Positions 29,613 through 44,142 of a stretch of 64,000 nucleotides of DNA are shown piece after piece (the stretch's first letter is position 1; the number at the start of each line of letters is the position of its first letter). The notes below the pieces were generated by a model. That model made no database searches. It was given only the letters and a program-made list of their open reading frames with translations, and was not told the origin of the DNA. A program made the translations under genes and the position numbers. The stretch lies in NCBI RefSeq assembly GCF_009914755.1, contig NC_060932.1. One strand, 5' to 3'. This DNA comes from the human T2T-CHM13v2.0 reference genome, Homo sapiens.

Positions 29613-30436
29613 AGACGGGGTGGCTGCCGGGCAGAGGGTCTCCTCACTTCTCAGACGGGGCGGCCGGGCAGAGACGCTCCTCACCTCCCAGACGGGGTCG
29701 CGGCGGGGCAGAGGTGGTCCTCACATCCCAGACGGGGCCGCGGGGCAGAGGCGCTCCCCACATCTCAGACGATGGGCGGCCGGGCAGAGACGCTCCTCAC
29801 TTCCTAGATGGGATGGCGGCCGGGAAGAGGCGCTCCTCACTTCCTAGATGGGATGGCGGCCGGGCAGAGATGCTCCTCACTTTCCAGACCGGGCAGCCAG
29901 GCAGAGAGGCTCCTCACATCCCAGACGATGGGTGGCCAGGCAGAGACGCTCCTCACTTCCCAGACCGGGTGGCGGCTGGGCAGAGGCTGCAATCTTGGCA
30001 CTTTGGGAGGCCAAGGCAGGCAGCTGGGAGGTGGAGGTTGTAGCGAGCCGAGATCACGCCACTGCACTCCAGCCTGGGCACCATTGAGCACTGACTGAAC
30101 GAGACTCCGTCTGCAATCCCGGCACCTCAGGAGGCCGAGGCTGGTGGATCACTGGCGGTTAGGAGCTGGAGACCAGCCCGGCCAACACAGCGAAACCCCG
30201 TCTCCACCAAAAAAATACGAAAACCAGTCAGGCATGGCGGCGCGCGCCTGCAATCGCAGGCACTGGGCAGGCTGAGGCAGGAGAATCAGGCAGGGAGGTT
30301 GCAGTGAGCCAAGATGGCAGCAGTACAGTCCAGCTTTGGCTCGGCATCAGAGGGAGACCGTGGAAAGAGAGGGAGAGGGAGACCATGGGGAGAGGGAGAG
30401 GAGGGAGAGGGAGAGGGAGAGGGAGAGGGAGAGAGA
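29613..30436 (-). mobile_element. SVA (SVA_C/D-like): 5' hexamer, Alu-like domain and partial VNTR only; no SINE-R or poly(A)
   Basis: (GAGAGG)n at about 30365-30436 is the CCCTCT hexamer on the minus strand; Alu-like domain about 29985-30360; GC-rich VNTR units (gggcagagacgctcctcacttcccagac) 29613-29985. Confidence 0.97.
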
Positions 30437-30510
30437 GAGATCATGTCTTTTTATCCCTGGTACAAATCTCAATGTCTAGCACACAATGGTCATTTATTCA
30501 ATGTTTACAA
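30437..30510 (+). mobile_element. L2 3' tip
   Basis: gatcatgtctttttatccctggtac..tgtctagcacacaatggtcatttattcaatgttt. Confidence 0.55.
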
Positions 30511-30904
30511 AATTAGTAAATATTTTACAGCCATATTATATTGTTATATATTGCTGATTTTGTAAGTATATAGGTGTTACAGGTATGTGTGTCATGTTAG
30601 TCCCTGAACCCCTCCCAGTACTAATTATCCAGCTATGTACAGAATACTTGGTCTTTCTCTTGAAATTAAAAAAGAAGTATGCTGCCTTTAAGGGAATATT
30701 TTAACAGTCCAGAATCTGTGGATTTTCAGATTTAGAAATAGTCTTTTCACCGATCTGTATCCTATGCCAGAGATTCCAGCTGTTTCTAGTGCACTATTAG
30801 CGTGAAGAATTTCGACATGGAAGAAAGACCATATTGTTTGAAGCCAGAGTGACTGTAATTAGAAATTACAGTCCTATTTTGTAAGTTATTTTACCACTCA
30901 CATG

Positions 30905-30995
30905 GCCTGTGCCTACCTACGGGGTTGCATATTAAATGAGATATTGTGGACCAGATCAAGGTTAGTACATAGTGAGCATTCAATAAATTATAACT
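30905..30995 (+). mobile_element. MIR 3' fragment
   Basis: cctacctacggggttgcatattaaatgagat..acatagtgagcattcaataaat. Confidence 0.6.
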
Positions 30996-30997
30996 AA

Positions 30998-31360
<363 letters not shown>

Positions 31361-31896
31361 TAAGACAAGTTGTCATTGAAAATTATCCAGTTGGAGAGCA
31401 CAAGTTATCTTTGACTATATTTTGATTAAGAAAAAGTCATATGAGTGGAAGCCCACTGTTATATAAATGTAAGACTCCTAGGTATCCAATGACCTAGGGG
31501 AAAATATTGTAATCAAACTTATTTTCATACCCTGAAGAAGGCCAATCATATTCAACAGGTGACATTTGGACAAAGAGGCAAACTAAAGAACGTCAATGAG
31601 AGAATGGATCTTCCCCACTGAAAAACCACAGAGGCTTCTGCAAGTGTTTGGATCAGAAAGAACATCATCATTTCAGTGAACAAGACAACTTTACACTAGT
31701 TGGGCCAGTATTTTACTGATTGGCAAGAGTACAAGAAACAAGAGTAGAGGAAGTCCTCTAGTGGAGACGTGAAAGAGAATAGAATTACTTTATTCTCTTA
31801 TCAAACGCATTTGAGCAGATGAGCCTCCTTGGTTTCATGAACAATTCTGCCAAACTGTCAAGTGGAGACTCAAGTCAGTTTTAATTTGAAAATTGA

Positions 31897-32261
<365 letters not shown>

Positions 32262-33884
32262 CTAATTCACTCATTATCAAGTGACATCTTCATAGAGTCA
32301 TGTCAACAGAGAAATAGAATGGCCCACTGTTTCTCTCTTGTCTGGTTTCTCTCTGTGTCAGATGTTTCTCTGAAGCTCTTTATCTCAGTCAGCCAACTAG
32401 GACCAAGCTACTGAAACCAAGTTCTCTTTTATTTTCAGTTAACATTTCTACCCTGCTTGGTTTGCAGCACACTTGACAGATAGGGAAAAAAAAAAAATAA
32501 GCAACTGAATACTTTTATTCCCTCCTTGGAGAAGTTGCCAGCATGGCTTGCCTTCCTAGAAAAGCCATAAGCTTTTAGTAGTAGGTACTATCTTATGCTT
32601 AATGTTTGCTTCTCCACAACAACCAGTGCAGTGAGCAGATGTATGACTGACGGGTTAGTGACTTGTGGAAATACTTTTCATGGTAGGTAGTGAACCCAAG
32701 AGCGAAGAAAACTCTCTGTCACAGATGAAATTTCCAATACCCCTGCAGTGCTAATCACAATTTTCCTGTTGCTTTACTTATTTGACATCGATTTCACATC
32801 AGCCTCCACTATGCACTACTCTACTGTTGATGTTTCATTGCCTTTACATTGGCTCTCTTTTGCCCACTACCAAAAATCTCTGGAGACCTTTTTTTTTCCT
32901 GTTGTTTTTTGGTGGAAAATGTCAAGTCTGTAAAAATTTAAAGTTTATGCAAAGACCAAAAAAAAGGCAGTTGGCAGAAAAACTTTACTTGACATCTTGA
33001 CATGTCTTTTTCCTCCACCACTAACACCACCACTTTTGAGCCTTTTCATCTTGCTTTTGTTATTCTGTTCTATGACAGCAATTATATTTAGTACCATGGA
33101 CTATCTCCATTCTTAAAAGCAAAGAAATTTTAATTATGCCAAAGGCTAAGTATCATTTAATTACACTTTTTAAAGAACGCTAAAGGCACTAAGAATATAT
33201 AACTGCCAGGTGAACTTAGTGAAGTAGCGAGATTAGGCAGTACAGTTCCAATTCAATGAGCAGCAGCCTGGATTTAAAGAATATAAATGAATAGAAGAGA
33301 AAATGTGATTAAAATGTCAGTCCTGCCAATGGTCAATTACCTTCCTCCAAAAATACACTAATAGACTTCCTCAAGCAGTTTATTGTGTCTCTTATCTGCA
33401 CCATCACCTTTCTTTGTGGGTTGGTGAGGTCTCCAATATGGTTTCCCAAATAGTTTCTTACTACTGAAGCAGAGGTAAGCCTTCAGAAATTATATTATTA
33501 TTATTTGACAACCAAGAGCTTGCATTTTCTGTTCTGGTTTATCTTCCTAAAAGGAATTGCCGCCTTAGGATTTTCAGCCATAGTATTCTCTGCCTCCAAC
33601 TCACAAGAGACCAAAAAAAAAAAAATGATATGGGTAATTGGGCAAACAGGATAGAAATGACTCAAAAGTATTGAAATTATAATTGGGTAAGGTAAAAAGT
33701 GGAGAGATTAAATCTAAGATCCAAAGAGCAGATGCTCATCACAACATCCCTCACTATGAAGAAGCTCTTCCAATATTAGGCTCCCCAGAATCACCCATCA
33801 CCCACATCTACTCTGTTCCAATTCAACCTCTCCAGGTTACTGTTTTAAGACTTTGATTTTATTATCTATTCAGTTTGATCATTC

Positions 33885-34190
33885 AAATATATATATGTAT
33901 AGTCTGTATAATATAAAATGTATATTTATATAATAAATATATGTATATATAAAATTTATACATTATAAAATATTAAAAATGTATTATATATTTTATAATA
34001 TATAAATAAAACAATATATTTACACAATATATTTATATATAATATATTAATAATTATATTATATATTATATAAGTTATATATTAATATAATATACAATAT
34101 ATTATATATGAATATATATTTATAATATGAATGAAAATATATAATACATATTTTATAGACATGTAAATATATATTATATGTTTATATATG
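33885..34190. repeat. About 300-bp TA-rich low-complexity tract
   Basis: Almost exclusively A/T, degenerate (TA)n. Confidence 0.9.
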
Positions 34191-35105
34191 TTTACTTAGT
34201 ACCTCCTCTGAGCCAGTTATCATGTTACAGAAAAGGGATAGGGAAATAAAATAGCATATGGTGCTTTTTCTAAAAGAACCACACAGTCTCTCACAAAAAC
34301 TTCCACCAAGTGCAATGGAGCATAGAAGAAAGACTAACCAACAATATCTGGGGACACCAGGAAAAGCATCACCGGTGCATAGAGCTAGAGCTTTGACATA
34401 AAAAGTAAGTGGTAGGGAAGACAACCCATTAGAGAGGACAGCAGGGACAAGAGCACAGTGGCTTAAAAGACAATGCTACATCCAAGGAAATGCATTTGTT
34501 GAAATGGCAGTCATGCAGGATGCATTGAGGGAAAACAGAGATTACAACAAATGAAGCTAAAAAATGTGAACTGGGCACAGACTATGATAAAAGATTACAT
34601 CACTAAAGGGAAGCTCCCAGAGAAGAATTTTTTGAAGAAAATAATGTGATCATTTATCCTTATGGGCAGTTAAAACTTGAGTCAAGGAAACCAACTAGAA
34701 AGTCATCAATATGTCCAAAAAGAGATAACATAGCCTGTGCGAAGGCAATGGCCATGGAGATGGAGAAGAGGAAAAAGACTGAAGATAGATACACTAGTAG
34801 TTAAAATTTACAGAATTGAGTTATACTGGAAGATAAGCAAGGAGACTGGAGAAGCTCCTTGTTTTCTGGCTCAGGCTTCTGGAGGGCTTATAGTGCCCTT
34901 AATAAAATGGAGAATACAGGAGGAAAAGTAAGTTGAGCAAATAAGACACTGTTGAGATTTAAGCATGTTTGAGTTATTTGTGGAATTTCTCAGGCATCGA
35001 TGCCTAGCAGGCACTTAAATATATATGCCTGTAATTCAGGAAAGAGTTCCAGGATGGAAACTTGAATGTCAGACCCCACAGCACACAGGTGCTAATGGAA
35101 GCTAT
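34190..35105 (-). mobile_element. L2 fragments
   Basis: tttacttagtacctcctctgagccag..; ggaaaccaactagaaag..gtccaaaaagagataac..ggcaatggccatggagatggagaagag..; gttttctggctcagg..ttgagatttaagcatgtttgagtt. Confidence 0.65.
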
Positions 35106-36099
35106 GTCTTTATACGAGAAAGCTTACAAAGTCCCTGCCAACCCGCTTCAACCTACAATTCTAGCATCATCTATGACTATTTTTCTAATCAATTTATTTC
35201 CTACAGACAGAATATTCTTTTCACCAAATCAACACAAATGTCATGCATTTTTATCCTCATGCCCTTGTTCATACTGTGACTCCCTCCTCTTCCTTCATTT
35301 TGACTCTCAACATGCTATTTTTAAAGTAAATCTACGTTCCTTTCAGTTTGGGACCCTTTCATGGCTAGGTCAATCACACCAATACTTATTGCTACTTCTT
35401 TTAAATCTCTATAGGATAACTGTCAATCTCGACCATTAACTGCTTATCTCTTAGTATTAATTTATAATTTTATACTAATTTATGTTAATGTAAAATTTTA
35501 GCTTACATGTTTATAATATTTGTGTAAGTAATTTACTGTTTGCAATTTTCTTGTATTTAAAGGTAATGAATTATACCTTACAAGATTGCATATAATATAC
35601 TATGCCACATACAAAATAGGTATGTAACAAATATTTGCTGCCAGTTTTGTAATAGACATATTGCAATACTTACAATATTAATAATGCTGACAAGGCCTCT
35701 TTTAAAAAATGTAAGGTTCAAATGAAATAATTTGTTAAAAGCATATTATAATTATAAAGCATTTTATAAATTTAAGAAATATCACAATATCAAGTAAATG
35801 ATAAGTGTATGAGAACTATCATACCCACTATATACAATGAGTGATTATAAGAAATTTTAGGTCATCTGATGTAACATTACAGACCAGACCTTGGATAATA
35901 CTGCTTCAGAGGCTTAGACTGTTGGCCTTTAAGAGCAGGACCCCTATTTTAAGAAGTGACAGAAACATTTGTGTTATGAACTAAAAAAGCAAAAAGAAGA
36001 AAAACAATTTTAGAATTATAGTCATTCTGAAGAATGTCATGTCAATTCTTTTCTTCTTGTACTTCCTTAGAATTATGTTTTAAAAAATGATGTCCACTT

Positions 36100-37985
36100 G
36101 TAAACATTCTTTAGAAAGCAAAAATGACCATGGAAATCCACTTTGAAAAAGAAGAAAATTGGAAGCTTACACTACCTGAACTCTAAACTTAATTGCAAAA
36201 TGTTAGTAATGAAGACAGTGGCACTATGACCAAAAAAAATTAGACCAATGGAACTGAATAGACCATCCAAAACTAGGCTCATACTCATAGGGCAAACTGT
36301 TTTGTGATTAAGATACCAAAACAATTTGTTATGAAGGATCAACGAATGGTGCTGCAAATATTTGATACCATTTCTAAGAAATGAATTTTAATCTTTACCT
36401 CAGAGTTTATACAAAATTTAACTTAAAATTGATAATAGTCTTAAATGTAAAAACCAAAAATCTGAAAATTTTTAAAATTTTTTATTTCAATAGCTTTTGA
36501 GGTACAAGTGTTTTTTTGTTACAGGGATGAATTGTAGAGTGGTGAATTCTGAGATTTGAGTGCACTCATAAGCCAAGTAGTGTACATTGTACCTAATGTG
36601 TAGTTTTTTATCCTTGGCCTCCCTCTCACCGTCCTCCTTCTGAGGCTCTAAAGTCCATTATATCACTCTCTATGCCTTTGTGTACTCACAGCTTAGCCCC
36701 CACTTATAAGCAAGAATACATGGTTTTTGGTTTTCCACTCCTGTGTTACTGCACTTAGAGTAATGACCTCCACCTCCACCTAAGTTGCTGAAAAAGACAT
36801 TCTTTCATCCCTTTTAATGGCTGAGTAGTATTCCATGATGCATATATATCACAAAATATCTAAAAGAAAATAGAGAAGAAAATCTTAGTGACCTTGGGTT
36901 TGGCAACAAATTTTTAAATGGGACACAAAAAACATGGGCAACAAATGCAAAAATAAAAAATTCAGACTACATCAACATTTTTTTAAAACGTGCTCTTCAA
37001 AAGGCAATGCTATCAAATGACAGATCACAAACCTAAAGAAAATATCTGCCAAACATATGCTTGACAAAGGTCTTGATTCTAAAACAGATAAAGAATACTT
37101 ACAGTTCAATATTTAGAAGACAAACAATTTTATCTAAAAACAAGCAAAACATTGAATAGATGCTTCACAAGGATATATGGATATCAAATAAGTCTAGGAA
37201 AAGATGTTCAATATCATTAGTCATTAAGAAAATACAAATTTTAATCACAATGAAATATTTCTTCACACCCACTAGAATGGCCAAAATTAAATAAAAATAA
37301 ACTTACAAATTGTTGTTGAGAATGTCAATTGGATCTCACTTTCTTTGCTGTTGAGAGTGTAAAATGGCACAGCCCCTTTGGAAAAATTGTTTTGCAGTTT
37401 CTTCAAAAATTAAGTATAGATATAATATACAACCTAAATATCTCACTCTTATGTATTAACCCAAAAGAAATGAATAACTCTATGTCCAACGAAAGATTTG
37501 TACACACGTCTACAGAAGTTTTAGTTGTAATAGGAAAAGCCATCAGTATGTCCATCAGTATGTGAACGAATAAACAATTTATGATACACCCAGACAATGT
37601 AATACTATACAGCAATAAAAAGGAACAAAATATTGACTTGCACAACAAGAGGAATTTATCTGAAAATGATTGGGCTGAGTAAGAGAAACCAGAGAACAAA
37701 GAGCTCATAGTGTATGTTTCCCTTTATGTAAGATTCTAGAAAAAGAAAACTAATCTATGGGGACAGAAAGCAGATCAGTTGTTGCCCCGGGTCAGGGGAA
37801 TGAGGGTAGGAGTAGGAAGAGAAAGAAAGGGATGACAAGAGGCATAAGAAAATTTTAGAGGTTTATAGATATGTCCATCTTCTTGATTGCAATCTGTATA
37901 CATATGTCAAAACTCATCATATGGTACACTTTAAGTACAGGCAATTTATCAAATGTCAATTATACCTCAATAAAACTATAAAAAT
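36100..37985 (+). mobile_element. L1ME-type ORF2 end and 3'UTR (interrupted by L1PB)
   Basis: ttacactacctgaa..gtaatgaagacagtgg..; aagatgttcaatatcattagtcatt; tatgtcaaaactcatc..aattatacctcaataaa. Confidence 0.85.
36478..36853 (-). mobile_element. L1PB-type 3' end
   Basis: tttatttcaatagcttttgaggtacaagtg..ggtgaattctgagatt..ttttaatggctgagtagtattccatg. Confidence 0.9.
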
Positions 37986-39699
37986 ATATGAAAGACTAAA
38001 TGTCCACCTGAAACATAAAACACAATGCCAATTGGTATACGTTCTTGAGAAAGGGAAAATCACCAGCTGAACTTCTATGTCCACCAAACCACCCACTTTG
38101 CTTTATATTTCTTTTATTGAGCCTCACAAAGTCTCACATTCATGAACCATAGCCCTGTGTTTGGGTGAGGACTCTATGTCAGTAAAGCAGACAGCTTTTC
38201 TGTCATTATTGATGATGTTATTTCATTGACAAATTCCTCGTGCTTGGGACCAGGCTTTTACTGCCATATATCAGAAATCACCCTTCACCAGAGGACTTCT
38301 ATGAGACACTTTTACCACCCTCTTTACAAAGTGAATCTTGAACACTTTTCTGTCATTTACAAGTTCATTTTATGGTATGTGCATGTTTCTAGGTGCATCA
38401 GTAGATTATAGGGATGTATCATATAGACCACAGTAAGAGTTATGACTATAAATTACAAAGACAATCTGAGATGTGTAAGTAATAAGCAATATCAGATGAC
38501 TTCAGCTGAAAATAGAATATGCTATACATATACACCCAAGAGTAAAGAAACTAAGTCTTCTATGGAAGAAAAAGGAGCTTACCAAATGGGAGTGAGCACT
38601 GGCCTCTTGCCTTCACCAGATATTCTCAGCCTCATACACTAACAGCATCACTTGAGGCCTTAGCTGTGAGTCATTCATGACCATGAGAGTTGGGTATGTA
38701 TCAGGACATACCATCTACCAACAAGACACAGTACCTGCAATTTCTCTTTCCACCATTAAAGTTGGTGTCAACTTTGAGAACTTGTATAGTCATTGAGTTG
38801 TTGAGTCCTAAGGTTTGATTTTTGGATTATCTAATTATATTTCAATTCACTTCAGTGAATATTCACTGAACCCTGCTCTATACCTTAAATCAAGGGACTA
38901 CATGGATAAATACTGACCAAAATTTTACAAGCTCATGAAAATAGAAATCTAAAAATCACATAGACCTTCATGAATTTATATGTAAAATGGGAGAATAACT
39001 ACCAGCTTTCTTACTAATGCGGTCACACACCTAGTTATTGTTTGGTTCCAGGGCCAATTTCTGTTACTGCCCAGAATACTCTTGCTATCACACCAGAGAC
39101 CATTTTGGATTTCCTTGGGCACTGGTCCACAATTTATGTGTTTTCCAAACATTTGAACATTGTGGGTTGGCTGCTTGGTGACCCATCTTGGGGTCATCCC
39201 TTTCATTAATTGTTAGCCCTGCCCATTCCTGCCTTATTTATCTTCCCTATCAGCTTGCCTTAAATGTTCCGTGAATTTTTTACACCCAGTTATCTACAGG
39301 CTATGACACTCTGGTCAATATTAGCTCCAAGTATCATATGGACCACTTTGATATTCAAATATTTTCCCTGACTTACTACAAATTCAAGGAGGACATCCAA
39401 AGAAAGGGTAAATATCAAGGACCAAGACGTTGAATGCCAGACAGAGGTTTAAAAAAAAAGACTATAATTTTACTCAAATGTAAAATTAGAAAGAAATGAT
39501 TTGGTCATTCTAGGAGGACAGTCACTAGGAAAAAATAGTTTTTCTAGAATTGTAGAATAGAAATTTGCTCACTGACATAGGGAAAGAAGAAAAATTGTAC
39601 ATAGGAAGATTTTTAAAATACGAAAGGACAGAGTTAATCTATGGGAGCCGGTCCTACAGAAAAAGAAGAGGTTATAAACAGGTGCACAGGAGAAAACTG

Positions 39700-41300
<1,601 letters not shown>

Positions 41301-42399
41301 AGGATTTGCTCCTGACATGGTAAGTGTTGACAATTGGCATCAAGGAAAGAAACCAACAGCACCTTAGAAAATGTATGCTAGAGACGTTTAAGAATTAGAT
41401 AGCTTAGCTCTACTCATCTTTGCTAAATTCCTACATTTTGGCACTACTATGTACAGATAAGAATTTAATATTAAAAAAGGTTAAAATTAGAGTGAGAAAG
41501 AAATTTAGAATTCAATTCAGTCAGTAAGAAAACTGAGTCTAATGAAGTTAAATAACGTCCTATCTTACTGGATTTGGGAATAGAATTTATGTCTTTTAAC
41601 CATACTGCCCCTAATTAACTGTCAATCAAAAGACTCATATTTTAGCCTAAGTTCTATTATTGACTAGCTTTCTTCTCTTTATTCTTTATCGCTTCGCTTA
41701 TTTTCTTCTATTATTATTATTATTTTTTTTTTTTTAGGTATAAGTCACACAAGAAGGCAGAGAGCTTGAATCTCCCTGTGTCTCTTGGTAGTAGGGTTGG
41801 CAGTAGGGTGGGTGGTAAGGTAAACTTAAGCTGGGACTGTGTGCTAGTAATATTGCATTAGACTCATTTCTTTTCTCAAGTAGAATCACGGGGTGAACCT
41901 TTGAATTTGAATTCAGGATACTCACATTTCCACTGGCAATTTTAATCAAAATGTTATTTTATTAAAATTGCAAACAGCTATGGAGTTTTCCTTGTAGCCT
42001 GTTTTTTTTTTCATGCATTTCTCAAATTCTGTCCCTATGGAATTGTCTATAAAACATTAACAGACTTTGCTGCTGACAAAATATTTGAACTTGATAAAAT
42101 CAGTCCCTGTTTGTGGGTCATAAGTCATTTGTATGTGAAATGAGGATATCATGCTACACTTATTCCTCAAGTCATGAAAGAAGATATGAGTTTGCTATGA
42201 AATTCATCTTTCCTAGTCTCTCCTTTTCCCACAAAACTTCAAAGTGTCAGGATTTCCCCAACCTCTATGGGTTCAGAAGTCTATTTAGTTCTGAAATGTG
42301 TGGCAGATGAAATCGAGATTGCAATTTATACCAAATAAAAGTTACTCATTCTCACAAAGTCCACTGTAAGCCTGAATGAATCTCAGCGTACCCTCTTCC

Positions 42400-42620
42400 A
42401 CGTGAAACTTCAGCATTACAGGCTGCTCTGATCTCATGGTGTGTCCACATCAGCAGACTCTGTCAAGATCTTTAGGTGGACCAGAGTCAAGCACTGAAAA
42501 TAAAATGCTTCACACACACACACAAAATGACATGCAGTATTACTGCTCATGTTATGTAGGCTAAACAAGTCCTATAGCCCTGCAGAATTTCAGGGGATGA
42601 GATAAGTGGAACCCTTCTAT
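42400..42620. mobile_element. Possible MLT1 (MaLR) LTR fragment
   Basis: tgacatgcagtattactgctcatgttatgtaggctaaacaagtcctatagccctgcagaatttcagggg. Confidence 0.4.
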
Positions 42621-43849
42621 GTCCACTGATGCAAAAACTTGTTAATAATAAATAGATGAAATACTGCAGATGGAAACGTGGCATATAAATTCCATTTTTT
42701 CCCACTTTAAGTGGAAAATCGTTACTGGCTATTAATAGCCAGTAATAGCCAGTAATAATTCAATTAGCTAGGCATTATTGTATTAACACAATATTACAAT
42801 GTTTGCAATAACAGACAGTTGCTCTTGTTTTGGCTTAAATTTTAGCTAAGGGGAATCTGTTGCTTTTTAAATGGTTATAAACAAAGAATATTTAAGAGTC
42901 ATGAAGTTTAATCAGAGTATCCATGGATTTAATTCTCTTTATATAATTTCAAATTCTGGTTTTATTCTTTGTGGAGTTGAGTTTTTCTGTTGCTTTGTTT
43001 TGTTTAGTTTTTTTCTTTTATTCTGGTCTGGAAGTATATGTAGAGTCTAAAAGTCATTTATCCAATATGGAACTCTGTTGTATTAAATTATATATTATAA
43101 AACATTAAAATATAATTCTTACCCAGCCTGTTGCTCCATGCTATATTTAAGAAAAGACTTCTAGCAGTGTTATTTCAAAAAGAGAATTAGGAAAAGACTG
43201 CAAAAATAAAATTCACATGCAAAAAGCTTGGATTTCTCATCCATCTATGTGACAAAATTACCCCAAATTTACTCAAAATTAGTAAGTCTGAGATAGTTGT
43301 TTGGGTCTATGCTTTAGGATGTTCCTGAAGACGCATCTTACTACTGATGTTTTCTGTTTTCTTTATGTGAACTTTATCTGTGGATAGAAGGAGATTTTCA
43401 CTAGTAGCCTGCCAAGGCATCATGGGAATTTTTCCAGCATGGCTTCATGCTATGGTTAGCAGACAAAATAATCAATCTATACGTTCTCTCTAGGCCCATT
43501 CACGTTTTTCTCATATAGTATGTTCCCACAACAATTACTAAGTGAACAAGCAGAATTCATGATTTTGGACCTTTGGCCACAGTTGACTGGACCAAATGCA
43601 GGGAACATGTGACCTCAAAGGAAGAGAGAGTATCTGCCTTAAAAATCCTCAGGGCTTACTGAGCTTTGACACAGATATGCCCAGGAAACTAGCTGCACTT
43701 CCCTCTCTAAGGTCCATAGAATAGTGCTTTAACTTTAGAAAAATGTAATTTTTTTGTGTTTGCTTTGCTTAAGGTATTTTCTATGGCTTTATATCCCTTT
43801 ATAACCAAATATCCCTGATCGAGACCTTAGGAACATACCTGTATGATCA

Positions 43850-44142
43850 TAATTACAATACAAAGTAACAGTTTTAAGCACTTACTATGTTTCAGACACC
43901 ATTTTCAGTTCTCTGTCTCTCTCTTTTTATCTATATATATAGTGCTTGGAAGTATTTATATACATATATATGTATACATTTTTTCAGTTGTCACAATTGC
44001 TCAAGATATTATCCCCAATTTACAAATAAATAAACCAAGGCGCATAAAGGATAAATCACCTGCCAAAAATCACATAGCTAGTAAGTGGCACAGCCAGCAT
44101 TCAAACCTATGAAGTCTAGCACCAGAGCGAGTGCTCTTGAAA
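43850..44142 (-). mobile_element. MIR
   Basis: aagcacttactatgtttcagacacc..tattatccccaatttacaaat..cacatagctagtaagtggcacagccagcattcaaacc. Confidence 0.88.

Noticed and set aside
29500-30565. Overlapping ORFs of up to 153 aa rich in Arg/Gly/Pro
   Set aside because: They are translations of the stop-poor SVA VNTR, Alu-like domain and hexamer.
31560-31870. Coding-looking purine-rich unique segment
   Set aside because: All three plus-strand frames hit stops within about 30 codons and no splice sites or homology were recognisable.
35025-35439. 125-aa and 84-aa ORFs
   Set aside because: They begin in an L2 relic, have no recognisable domain and have a composition typical of chance ORFs in AT-rich DNA.
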